From an uncultured Fibrobacteria bacterium (GTDB lineage: Bacteria; Fibrobacterota; Fibrobacteria; UBA11236): 64,000 nucleotides of DNA. Below, one piece after another: positions 30,399-39,539 of this stretch. Under the pieces are notes generated by a model. That model searched no databases and had not been told where the DNA came from. It saw only the letters and a list, made by a program, of their open reading frames with translations. The translations under genes were made by a program, and so were the position numbers. How positions within the stretch are numbered: the stretch's first letter is position 1; the number at the start of each line of letters is the position of its first letter. Location: contig OY970309.1 in the NCBI GenBank assembly GCA_963716395.1, positions 640,001 to 704,000 of the forward strand, given 5' to 3'.

Positions 30399-30950
30399 AT
30401 GAAAATCCGGCGCGGCGGACTTCTGGTTGCTGGACTGTTGGCGGCCTGCTCGCAGCAGGCGCCCCTGGAACAGCATGTGGTGCTGCATCCCAACAAAAGC
30501 ATTTGGAAGGAATGGTTCATTCGGCGCACGCCCCAGGGCGATACCGTGCTGCAGGGGCCGTTCAAAGAGTTTTATTGGAACGGCAGCCCCGCGCAGGTGA
30601 CACAATATCAGAACGGGCTGAAGGACGGCTCGGCGCAGGCCTGGTATGAAAACGGGGCGAACAAGTGGACCAAATTCTATCATCAGGGAAAACCCGACGG
30701 CGTGTGGAGACTTTACACCGAAGACGGCCGGCCTCGTCTGGAGGTGACCTACGCCAACGGCGCCATCCAAGGGACGGTGAAAATCTGGGACCAAAACGAC
30801 ACCACCTCGGTGCGATCCCTGACCTTTCAGCACGGCCAATGCATCGGCGGCGATTGTTCCGCCTTCGATTCGCTGCAGGCTTCGCCCCTCACGCCCACCG
30901 TCGCGGATAAAAATTCCGAAGCGGCGCGGATCCGCGATTTTCTGGAATAA
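30399..30950 (+). CDS. MORN-variant repeat (YwqK-like) lipoprotein
   Basis: Lipobox LAAC; repeats YQNGLKDG..WYENG and YHQGKPDGVWRLY. Confidence 0.8.
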   Translation: MKIRRGGLLVAGLLAACSQQAPLEQHVVLHPNKSIWKEWFIRRTPQGDTVLQGPFKEFYWNGSPAQVTQYQNGLKDGSAQAWYENGANKWTKFYHQGKPDGVWRLYTEDGRPRLEVTYANGAIQGTVKIWDQNDTTSVRSLTFQHGQCIGGDCSAFDSLQASPLTPTVADKNSEAARIRDFLE

Positions 30951-31000
30951 TCGGTCCGTCTATCGGCGGACGACTCCCGAGCCCGCCGAGGGACGGCCGC

Positions 31001-31849
31001 TCACGCAGCTTGCGTTGAGGCAGTAACGAGCTTCATTTCCTGCACCAACCGCTTCGCTTTCAACACCTCGGCGTGGGTTTCAGGAAAGGGCGGAATGCGA
31101 TCGTCCCATTCCACCATGGTCGGCGCGCCGCCGCACCGGGCATAGGCTTCGCGGTACAATTCCCACACCTCATCCCGTACCGGATGGTCATGGGTATCGA
31201 GCACATAGCTGCCATGATCCGAGTGCCCGGCCAAATGCATTTGCAGCACGCGGGTCATGTCGAGACCGCGCAGATAGGCGCGCGCCTCGAATCCGTGATT
31301 GCGCGACGACACATAGATGTTGTTCACATCGAGCATCATGCGGCAGCCCGCGCCTGCAACCACGGCCCGGTAAAACTCCCATTCGGGCATGGCATTCTCG
31401 GAGAACTCGACCACCGACGAGAGGTTTTCGATGCCGAAGGGCAGTTCGACGAAATCCTGCACGATGCGCGCCCTTTCGGCCACATAGCCGGCCACGCGGT
31501 CGGTGTAGGGGAGCGGCAGCAAATCGTGGTAATGATGACCGCCGAAGCGGGTCCAGCAGAGATGGTCGCTGAACCACGGGGCGCGCACGCGTTTGGCGAG
31601 AGCTTTGAGGCGGCGCAGATAATCGAAATCGAGGGCATCGGCCGATCCCAACGACAAGCACACACCGTGCAGCACCAGCGGATAGCGTTCGGCCGCCCGG
31701 TCGAGGTTGTACAGCGGCACGCCGTCGGTGTGCATGAAATTCTCCGCGATGATTTCGAAAAAATCGACAGCCGGGGAATGCTCGAAGATGTATTCATAAT
31801 GCGGAATGCGCAGGCCGAGGCCGAAGCCGAGATGGGGCGTTTCGGGCAT
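31001..31849 (-). CDS. DUF692 family multinuclear non-heme iron oxidative enzyme (MNIO)
   Basis: GFGLGLR, FFEIIAENF, FSDHLCW, DLLPLP, LDVNNIYVS, HLAGH, LDTHD, VEWDD. Confidence 0.93.
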   Translation of the reverse strand: MPETPHLGFGLGLRIPHYEYIFEHSPAVDFFEIIAENFMHTDGVPLYNLDRAAERYPLVLHGVCLSLGSADALDFDYLRRLKALAKRVRAPWFSDHLCWTRFGGHHYHDLLPLPYTDRVAGYVAERARIVQDFVELPFGIENLSSVVEFSENAMPEWEFYRAVVAGAGCRMMLDVNNIYVSSRNHGFEARAYLRGLDMTRVLQMHLAGHSDHGSYVLDTHDHPVRDEVWELYREAYARCGGAPTMVEWDDRIPPFPETHAEVLKAKRLVQEMKLVTASTQAA

Positions 31850-31990
31850 AAGTTCTTGTCAAAATAAAAAGGCCGAGAAAAGGATTAAAATTCGTAAACT
31901 CAGGCCTCGGCGTGAAATTCATTTGCTAGGAGTTGTTAACTTCTGTTTCCACTTTCCCTTCATTCTGTCGACATCCAAAAGGAGCACCTC

Positions 31991-32653
31991 ATGAAAACTC
32001 GTTTGATGGCTAATGTACTGGTCATTGCGATGGCGGTTTCTTTCGCTTCTGCACAGGAAGTGACCTCGATCGGCAGGCAATCAAAGGCCCTACTTTTCAC
32101 TTTCAATGGTTTAAATAATCTTGGCGCCGGCAGTTATGCCGGTGGCGTCGGTGCCAAATATTTCTTGACGGATGTCACAGCCTTGCGCGGCGGCCTTCAA
32201 TTCGCGAGCACCAATACGAGTACTCCCTCCAATGTAACGGGTGGAACGGACGGCTCGAATTCGGCTCTTACCTATGGCCTTAACGCCGGGCTCGAATATC
32301 ATTTGACAGCGAACCGCGTCAGCCCTTACGTGGGGGGAATGTTGGACGTCTCCAGCACCACGACCGAAGTGAAGTCCGTGGTGAATGTCGCCGGCGGACA
32401 GCAAACCACCACAAAAAATGCCGGCACCTCCGACGCCGGATTGAGTTTGGGCCTCGGTGGCATTGCGGGCGTGGAGTTCTTCTTGACCAAGGAAATCAGC
32501 CTGGCCGCTGAATACCAACTGGGGTATGGCCTGACTTCGCATTACGATCAAACGGCGACCACGGGGGCCACCACCATCACGACAAAAGAGGGTTCCACCT
32601 CCACCATCGCCATTTCCAATACCGGCGGATTGACGCTGTCGGTGTATTTCTAA
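31991..32653 (+). CDS. Outer membrane beta-barrel protein (OmpA/Ail-like)
   Basis: RBS AAGGAG, signal peptide, RVSPYVGG, GVEFFLTKEISLAAEY, ends LSVYF. Confidence 0.8.
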   Translation: MKTRLMANVLVIAMAVSFASAQEVTSIGRQSKALLFTFNGLNNLGAGSYAGGVGAKYFLTDVTALRGGLQFASTNTSTPSNVTGGTDGSNSALTYGLNAGLEYHLTANRVSPYVGGMLDVSSTTTEVKSVVNVAGGQQTTTKNAGTSDAGLSLGLGGIAGVEFFLTKEISLAAEYQLGYGLTSHYDQTATTGATTITTKEGSTSTIAISNTGGLTLSVYF

Positions 32654-32913
32654 ACCCGAAGCTTTGAGTCTGCATCCCCCGACGGCGATGCAGACCTCTC
32701 GAAAAAATCTCACGGGGGTATGCGGCTCAGCGACATAACGCATTCCCGGCCGCAGGCAGACCTCTGCGGCGCCATTCCCCGAATTATGCCGACTTCACTG
32801 CCTCTTCGACAATTATCGGCGATGATTACAATTCAACCCATTGATGAAAGAACCGCATCGCAATATTTTCTGATCTCATGCTTCCTCACAATACAAAACA
32901 CAAAGGAGTTCCC

Positions 32914-33396
32914 ATGCATAAGCTCGCTTCTCTTGCCGCTGCCTTCGGCTTGGCTTTGTCGGCCCATGCCGCCGAAGTGGGATTGAAAGGGATCGGATAT
33001 GACAGCAACCTGGGCCAGGCCACAGTGAGGCTGGGCCTCAGCGAATACGGAAACCTTGAGTTGGGCGCCGGCATGCGGTTCGATAATTCTGCGGCCACCA
33101 GTTCGCAAAAGTTTTCGCTGGGACTTTCCGCCACCTTTCTCGGCCAACTTCAGCATTGGAATGCGGTGGACAATTATTTCTACGGAGGCCTGGTCTTCAA
33201 TAAGCTGCCGCAGGCGAATAACAGCGCCCAGTTCGCCCTGGTCGCAGGGTTGCAGCCGGAAATCACTTTGATGCAACATTTCGCCATCGGCGTGCGGGTG
33301 GGGGCCGAAATGCAGGTTTCCCCCGACTTCCAATTTTACACCACCGGCGATCGCTTGAGCGTCGTGGACGGCATTCGCTTCACCCTCTTGTTCTGA
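32914..33396 (+). CDS. Small outer membrane beta-barrel protein
   Basis: RBS AAGGAG, signal peptide ending AHA, amphipathic strands, terminal F. Confidence 0.7.
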   Translation: MHKLASLAAAFGLALSAHAAEVGLKGIGYDSNLGQATVRLGLSEYGNLELGAGMRFDNSAATSSQKFSLGLSATFLGQLQHWNAVDNYFYGGLVFNKLPQANNSAQFALVAGLQPEITLMQHFAIGVRVGAEMQVSPDFQFYTTGDRLSVVDGIRFTLLF

Positions 33397-33416
33397 ACCG
33401 GCCTCAAGCGCAGCCG

Positions 33417-33443
33417 ACGCCCGTCGCGCGACGGGCGTTTTTT
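33417..33443 (+). terminator. Rho-independent terminator
   Basis: Palindrome ACGCCCGTCGCGCGACGGGCGT followed by a T-run. Confidence 0.75.
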
Positions 33444-33452
33444 GTTTGGGGC

Positions 33453-34517
33453 TTAGACCGCGCCGTAACCCGTCGGCCCGAATAAGGCGGTGATGGCGTC
33501 TTCGCCATAGCCGGCCGCCCGCAGCGGCGCCCGCACCTCTTCTTCAAGCTGCGGGACAAAACTCACAATCGCTTCGAAGCCATTCGCACCCCGTAATTCC
33601 ACGGCGTCGTGGCAGGCGGGCACCAATACCGTATCGCCTTTGGACACCGAAGTCGCGGCGCCGCCGGCGGCGGTGATCGTGCCGGAACCGCTGAGAACGC
33701 TGATCACCCGGAACCTGCGGCGGGTCTCCAACTCGACCGGGCCGCGCAGCCCGTGCCATTTTACCAGGGCGAAGTAAGGGCAGGCCACGAGATAGTCTTC
33801 GCGATGCGAGGCCTTTTCCACCGTAAGCGGCGGAATAGCGTAACCTGTATGTTCCTCCAGGTCGGCGACCTCCGCCGCTTGCGCAAGGTGCAGCGGCCGC
33901 GCCCGCCCCTGCGCATCGACCCGGCCCCAATCATACAGGCGAAAGGTGGTGTCGGAGTTCTGCTGCACTTCGTACAGCAAAAGGCCTTCGGTTATCGCAT
34001 GCACGGTGCCGGCGGGAATGAAGAACACCTCGCCGGGCCGCGCGGGCCAGCGCCGCAATGCCTCTTCGCAGCGCGGTGATTGCAGCAGACGTAGAAGCTC
34101 GGCGCGCGAACGGCCGCGGCCAGCGACCCCGACGATCAATTCCGCCCCGGGCCGGGCCGCGACCACATACCAGCATTCGGTTTTCGCTTCACCCAAATCC
34201 GATCCTGCGCCGGGATGCACCTGCACCGAAAGTTTTTCCCGGGCGGAAATGAACTTGTACAGCAGCGGGAAACGCCCCGCCGCCTCGCCCAATAAATCGC
34301 GGCCATGGCGTCGGATCAACTCCGACAAACCCACGCCGTCGTATTCGCCACCGTCGACCCGGGTTTCGGCTTCGGGGCGATCCGAAAGCTCCCACGACTC
34401 CCCCAACCCCGTCGCTCCGGGCGTGCCTTTGCCGAGCACGCGCGTCAATCCGTCGCCGCCCCAGGGTTTGGGCAACAGCATGGGCCGGAATTTCAAGAGC
34501 GGAATCGGCGGGGACAT
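33453..34517 (-). CDS. manA: Type I mannose-6-phosphate isomerase
   Basis: KPWGG, GESWELS, KLSVQVHP, KTECWY, IPAGTVHAI, EVQQNSDTTFRLYDW. Confidence 0.88.
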   Translation of the reverse strand: MSPPIPLLKFRPMLLPKPWGGDGLTRVLGKGTPGATGLGESWELSDRPEAETRVDGGEYDGVGLSELIRRHGRDLLGEAAGRFPLLYKFISAREKLSVQVHPGAGSDLGEAKTECWYVVAARPGAELIVGVAGRGRSRAELLRLLQSPRCEEALRRWPARPGEVFFIPAGTVHAITEGLLLYEVQQNSDTTFRLYDWGRVDAQGRARPLHLAQAAEVADLEEHTGYAIPPLTVEKASHREDYLVACPYFALVKWHGLRGPVELETRRRFRVISVLSGSGTITAAGGAATSVSKGDTVLVPACHDAVELRGANGFEAIVSFVPQLEEEVRAPLRAAGYGEDAITALFGPTGYGAV

Positions 34518-34585
34518 CGCCCACAAAATGCAAAAGCCGCGGGCGGAAAAGCGAAGCTGAAAGCGGAACCGAACCGGGCGGGCGA

Positions 34586-35026
34586 TCAGGCTGCAGCGGT
34601 GCGGATTTTTTCGCCGCGATGGTTTTCTTCGGTTTGGATCAGGCTGGAATAACTGCCGAAGGGATTCAGGGACATCCCTTTGGGCAAGAGCACGGTTTCC
34701 GAAAAGTCTTCGAAAGTTTCGAAGAGGCGGCCTTCGAAAATCTGGTTGAAGCCGATGGTGGCGAACAGAAACTGGATGTAATCGGACCCGCTGACGATGA
34801 AAACGTCGCCGCCCTCATCCTGTACCTTCTTCATGTTGAAGATCAGGGCGCCGATGCCGCCGCTGCACAAAAAGGTCACTTCATCGAGATTGAAGACGAT
34901 GAAGGTGCAGCCCTTCTCCACCATTTTCAAAATCTGGGTGTCGAGAATCCGCGAATTGTCCCAGCCCACCTTGCCTTTGATGATGAACAGGGCCACTTTT
35001 CCATTGCTGTTGATACGCAGTTCCAT
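34586..35026 (-). CDS. STAS domain anti-sigma factor antagonist
   Basis: IVFNLDEVTFLCSGGIGAL; RBS GGAG before MELRIN. Confidence 0.8.
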   Translation of the reverse strand: MELRINSNGKVALFIIKGKVGWDNSRILDTQILKMVEKGCTFIVFNLDEVTFLCSGGIGALIFNMKKVQDEGGDVFIVSGSDYIQFLFATIGFNQIFEGRLFETFEDFSETVLLPKGMSLNPFGSYSSLIQTEENHRGEKIRTAAA

Positions 35027-35046
35027 ACCATCTCCATTTTCAGTCG

Positions 35047-35820
35047 TCACGACGCGGCATCAGAAGCCTCGGGTTGCGCGGTGACGGGCTGATTATAGAG
35101 GGTGGACCGCCAGGCTTCAAGTCGGCTCTGGAGCTTTTTGTTGGTTGCGTCAAAGGTATCCCGCGTCAATTGCCCGGCCGCGCCCGGCACATCGCCGGTC
35201 ACGGCGGACGCGGTTTGGAATCCCTGCTTCACCGCGTCCACGATGGTTTGGACAAATGCTTGCGGATCGGCGCCGTGAGCCGAGGCGAATTGCATGGCGA
35301 AATCCACGATGCGGTCGGACGTGTTTTCGGCGTTCCAATAAGGGTCCAGGCCGGAGAGGGAATTTTGCGCATCCGTTTGGGGAGCTTGGGAATCGGCGGC
35401 CGCAGCGCTTTCCGGCGTCATTTCCACCTGCCTCTCGATCACGGGGATGGACGCCGGCGCGGAATCGGGAGCTGAGCTGTCGCCGGCACACCCGGCCGTG
35501 GCCAATGCCTGTCCCACCGAAGCCATCCATTGTTGACGCAACTCGTGCTGCATTTGCGCGATTATTTTCCACCGGCCGCTCTCGGCCAAAGGCACGGAAT
35601 CCGCAATTGCGGGCGTTGCGCCGCCCGTGCCCGGGGCGGTAGCCCCCGCTTCCGAGGGTAGCCCCGGCATTAATCCCGACAATTCCACGACATCTCCGCT
35701 CTTCCGGTGCCAACCGGAATCCGCCTTTTTCGAACCCAAGAGGGCGGAACGGTTCGCCCTCGTATTTGCGGCAAATGCGGGAGGGGAAATTTGCGAATTC
35801 GTGACGGAAGGTACGGGCAT
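35047..35820 (-). CDS. DUF5610-like protein
   Basis: YWNAENTSDRIVDFA...AVKQGF motif after a low-complexity N-terminus. Confidence 0.55.
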   Translation of the reverse strand: MPVPSVTNSQISPPAFAANTRANRSALLGSKKADSGWHRKSGDVVELSGLMPGLPSEAGATAPGTGGATPAIADSVPLAESGRWKIIAQMQHELRQQWMASVGQALATAGCAGDSSAPDSAPASIPVIERQVEMTPESAAAADSQAPQTDAQNSLSGLDPYWNAENTSDRIVDFAMQFASAHGADPQAFVQTIVDAVKQGFQTASAVTGDVPGAAGQLTRDTFDATNKKLQSRLEAWRSTLYNQPVTAQPEASDAAS

Positions 35821-36096
35821 TTCATTCCTATCGCCGACCCAGGTGGCGGAGTTTCTCCTCACTTCGGCGCGGGTTGCACAAACTTGAGAGAATTCTTTAT
35901 GATGGACGTGAAATCCCCAGAAGCGTTGAAAAAGTCTGTGGACTCATTGTGGACGAGCCTTGATGTAAACAAGACATTGGGCGGCTCTCCCTCGGCATAG
36001 CCGGGACAAAATGAGGAAAAATATTTCTGGAATTGCTTACACTTTCAAGGAAACAATCGAAATTATCTTATCAATCCCTTGAGGAATTCCCGCGAC

Positions 36097-37467
36097 ATGG
36101 AAGCCAGCATTCAATCCGACCTATCCCCCCAATTTCTGTGGAACAAACTTCTCAATCTGCTGCGCACGCGCATTCCCGAAACCGCCTTTAACACCTGGTT
36201 CACCCATCTCGGCCTGGCCGCAGTGGAAAAAGACCGCCTGGACGTGAGCGTGCCCAATGCCTTTGTGCTGGAATACGTCGAGCATCATTACCAGGCGATT
36301 CTGGAAGGCGCGGCGGCCGAAATTCTGGGTCGCCCGATGCCGGTGGTGTTCGTAGTGGCCGAAGCCCCGGTGCTGTCCGTGTTCCAGCCCGAGCCGGTGG
36401 AAGAAGAACCGGCCCGTAGCCGGGCTGCGGTGTTCGTCGACGTGTCGGTTCCCCTCAACACCGCCTACGACTTCGAGAATTTTGTAATCGGCGACTGCAA
36501 TCAGTTGGCCCATGCGGCGTGCATGGCCGTGGCACAGGCTCCGGGCCGCAACAAATTCAACCCTCTCACCCTGTACGGCGGAACGGGCATGGGCAAAACC
36601 CATTTGCTCCAAGCCATCGCGCATTTCTGCGGCGAAAATGAAACCGTGCGCAAGCTGGTTTACCGCACCTCCGAGGAATTCACGCGCGAATACATCGAGT
36701 TTGTGCAGAAGAACAAGGATTCCCGCGCCTTTTACAAGGTGTACAAAGACGCCGACATTCTTTTGATCGACGACATTCAATTCCTGGCCGGCAAGCAAAG
36801 CACGCAAGACGAGTTCTTCAATATCTTCAGCGTGTTGCAATCTTTCGAGCGCCAAATCGTGATCACCTCGGATCGGCCGCCCGCGCAAATCCAGGGTCTA
36901 CACGCGCGCCTCTTGTCGCGTTTCGATACCGGTCTGCTGGCCGACCTGCAGCCGCCCAACCTCGAAACCCGTCTCGCCATCCTGCGCAAGAAGGCCGAGT
37001 TCGACGGCGATTCCTGCGTCAATGAAGACGTGTTGAATTATGTCGCCAACCACGTCACCTCCAACGTGCGCGAACTCGAAGGCACGCTCATCAAGCTGTC
37101 GGCCTACGCCGACTTCACCCATACGCCCATCACCGTGGACATCGCCAAGGAAATCCTGGGCGACACCCTGCGCAATCAAAATCGGCGCGTGACCATCAAA
37201 CGCATCATCGAAGTCGTGGCCGCCGAATTCGGCCTGCCCCCGGCGCTGTTGTCGTCGCAGACGCGCAAGAAGAACGTGGCCGAACCCCGTCATGCGGCCA
37301 TGTATCTGGCCCGCCAACTCACCGACAATTCGCTGCACACCATCGGTCTGGCCTTCGGCCGCGACTATTCGACCGTCATCCACAGCATCAAGCGGGTGGA
37401 GCAAATGACCGACCGCGACCCGGTGCTGCGCCAGCAAATCGACCGCCTGCGCTCTACCTTGGCCTGA
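36097..37467 (+). CDS. dnaA: Chromosomal replication initiator DnaA
   Basis: NPLTLYGGTGMGKTHLL, LLIDDIQFL, SNVRELEG, FGRDYSTVIHS. Confidence 0.97.
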   Translation: MEASIQSDLSPQFLWNKLLNLLRTRIPETAFNTWFTHLGLAAVEKDRLDVSVPNAFVLEYVEHHYQAILEGAAAEILGRPMPVVFVVAEAPVLSVFQPEPVEEEPARSRAAVFVDVSVPLNTAYDFENFVIGDCNQLAHAACMAVAQAPGRNKFNPLTLYGGTGMGKTHLLQAIAHFCGENETVRKLVYRTSEEFTREYIEFVQKNKDSRAFYKVYKDADILLIDDIQFLAGKQSTQDEFFNIFSVLQSFERQIVITSDRPPAQIQGLHARLLSRFDTGLLADLQPPNLETRLAILRKKAEFDGDSCVNEDVLNYVANHVTSNVRELEGTLIKLSAYADFTHTPITVDIAKEILGDTLRNQNRRVTIKRIIEVVAAEFGLPPALLSSQTRKKNVAEPRHAAMYLARQLTDNSLHTIGLAFGRDYSTVIHSIKRVEQMTDRDPVLRQQIDRLRSTLA

Positions 37468-37683
37468 TCCGGCCGGGCCGCAGTCGACGCCGCCTTTTCC
37501 GATTGCGCGCGCCCCCATCGTCCGAACCGGATCGAACGATTATTTTGAGAGGGCCTTTCATCATCGGTCCGCCAACGGCGGAAGGTCCGAGCCCGGTTCC
37601 CCCGCCTGACGAGGGATGCCGAACGAGCTTCCGAGGATGTGAGTCGCCCTGAAGCCTGAGCCCTTCGCAAAGGAAAACCGCCC

Positions 37684-38376
37684 ATGCATGAATCCGCATT
37701 CCTGACCATCCTTAGCCAAGCCGGAGTTTCCACCTGGACCGTGGTGGGGGTCATGTTTCTGCTTTCGATCGGGGTGTGGACCCTCCTCATCCAAAAATGG
37801 CTGAGCCATGGCGGTAAGCGCCGTTCCTATTCCAAATGGGAAATGCTGCTGGGCGCCAAGCCTGCTTTGCAGGATTTTGTCAAGCTCATGAAAAGCCTGC
37901 CCAGCACTCCCATGGGACGCATCACCCAGGGGGCGCTGAATGAAATCGAAGGGCTGGCGCAATACGTGTCGTATGATTCCCTGGAGGCGCGCGGCCAACT
38001 GGTGAACGAGGCCATCGACCGCGCTGTGGACGGCGAAAAAGAGGTCAATGAACGCGGCATGACCTATCTCGCCTTTTGCACCGCCACCGGACCGCTGATT
38101 GGATTGCTGGGTACGGTGTGGGGCATCATGGATACCTTTTACCAAATCGGCCAACAGGGTTCGGCCAACATCACCGTGGTGGCCCCCGGCATCGCCAAAG
38201 CCCTCATGGCCGTGTTTTCCGGTCTGTGCGTGGCCATACCCGCTTCGCTGGGGTATAACGCCTCGGCGGGTTTCAACCGCAAATCCGAGTCCATTCTGTA
38301 CGGCTTCGGTTCCGAAGTGGTGAGCGCCTTCAAGCGCGGCGATCTGTTGGCCCTGGAACGCGCCACGCGCACCTGA
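37684..38376 (+). CDS. tolQ: TolQ (MotA/TolQ/ExbB family)
   Basis: PLIGLLGTVWGIM, VAPGIAKAL; Tol-Pal gene context. Confidence 0.88.
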   Translation: MHESAFLTILSQAGVSTWTVVGVMFLLSIGVWTLLIQKWLSHGGKRRSYSKWEMLLGAKPALQDFVKLMKSLPSTPMGRITQGALNEIEGLAQYVSYDSLEARGQLVNEAIDRAVDGEKEVNERGMTYLAFCTATGPLIGLLGTVWGIMDTFYQIGQQGSANITVVAPGIAKALMAVFSGLCVAIPASLGYNASAGFNRKSESILYGFGSEVVSAFKRGDLLALERATRT

Positions 38377-38383
38377 GCATCCC

Positions 38384-38794
38384 ATGCGGCGCCGCGAATC
38401 GCTCAAGGTCAACGCCGAGCTGAACATCATCAATTTGATCGATGTCATCTTCGCCATTCTGGTCGTGTTCATGATCACCGCACCCTTGATGAGCCAGGGC
38501 GTCAAGGTTGAATTGCCCAAAACCCAGGCCGCCAGCCTGGAGGAGAAAAAAGCCATCGAGGTGACCATCACCAAACAGCGGGAAATCCTGATCAACGAGG
38601 TTGCCTCGGATCTTCAGGACTTCGAAAAAGATTTCCGCACCGTCTTCACGGGCGATCCCCAAACCGCCATCATCATCAACTGCGATCAAACCGTGCCCTA
38701 CGGCTTCGTGATGCAAATCGTGGCTGCCGTGCAGCGGCAGGGGGGGCAACGCCTCGGTTTCCTCACCGACCCCACGGTGCAGGAGCGGCGTTGA
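38384..38794 (+). CDS. tolR: TolR (ExbD/TolR family)
   Basis: LNIINLIDVIFAILVVFMITAP, VELPK, DQTVPYG. Confidence 0.88.
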   Translation: MRRRESLKVNAELNIINLIDVIFAILVVFMITAPLMSQGVKVELPKTQAASLEEKKAIEVTITKQREILINEVASDLQDFEKDFRTVFTGDPQTAIIINCDQTVPYGFVMQIVAAVQRQGGQRLGFLTDPTVQERR

Positions 38795-38803
38795 GGCGCG
38801 GCC

Positions 38804-39502
38804 ATGGCACCGGCCCCTCCCACCCAAAGATCCCAACGCTGGAAATCGGAGCGCTCGGGGCTGGCCATGGCCCTGTCGGCCCTGCTGCACAGCACGGCGT
38901 TGACGGGGTTTTTTCTATTGCATCTCTTCGCGCCCCATGGCCCGGTCACCGTGCCCACCTTCAACCTGGTGGCGCTCGAACCTCCGAAGCTGCGGCCGCT
39001 GCGGCCGAAAAGCATCACGCCGCCGCCGCCCAAACCCGAGGAAACCCGCGCCCCCGAAGCGCCCAGGCTGACGCCCAAACCCAAAGCCGTGACGCGCCCC
39101 CGTCCCGAACCGAAACACGTCCGCCAAGACCAAGACACCACCAAGCCGATGCAGGACGTAGCCAAAGAAAGCGCGCAGATCACCACCACCGTGGTGTCGC
39201 ATGTCCCCTCGGATCCGCGGCTTTCTTTTTGGGCCCGCCGCGTCAAAGAAATGGTGGAGTCGCACTGGAATCCGCCTTCGGGCATTTCCATCCAAGGCAC
39301 GGTGAAAACCGTGGTGAACTTTTCCGTGGCCCGCGACGGTTCCATTTCCAACATCAGCGTGTCGCAAGGGTCGGGCAACACCCTGCTCGACGGACTCGCG
39401 CAACAAACCATCCAACGCCTCGACCACACGCCCCCGATTCCCCCGAACTTTCCCGACGACGTATTGCAGGTGAGCTATGAATTCGTTTATCAGGGCCAAT
39501 AA
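38804..39502 (+). CDS. tolA: TolA/TonB family energy transducer
   Basis: N-terminal SALLH transmembrane helix, Pro-rich linker, TonB_C-like domain (WNPP...SGNTLLD). Confidence 0.8.
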   Translation: MAPAPPTQRSQRWKSERSGLAMALSALLHSTALTGFFLLHLFAPHGPVTVPTFNLVALEPPKLRPLRPKSITPPPPKPEETRAPEAPRLTPKPKAVTRPRPEPKHVRQDQDTTKPMQDVAKESAQITTTVVSHVPSDPRLSFWARRVKEMVESHWNPPSGISIQGTVKTVVNFSVARDGSISNISVSQGSGNTLLDGLAQQTIQRLDHTPPIPPNFPDDVLQVSYEFVYQGQ

Positions 39503-39539
39503 GCCTTTCGCCCCGGTTCGCCTTCCACGGAATCTCTCC

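Noticed and set aside
30399-30950. YwqK antitoxin of a toxin-antitoxin system
   Set aside because: Generic MORN-variant lipoprotein; no adjacent toxin gene.
37605-37626. Hammerhead-like CTGACGAG core
   Set aside because: It is followed by CGAAC rather than the required GAAA, stem II is only 2 bp, and there is no convincing stem III.
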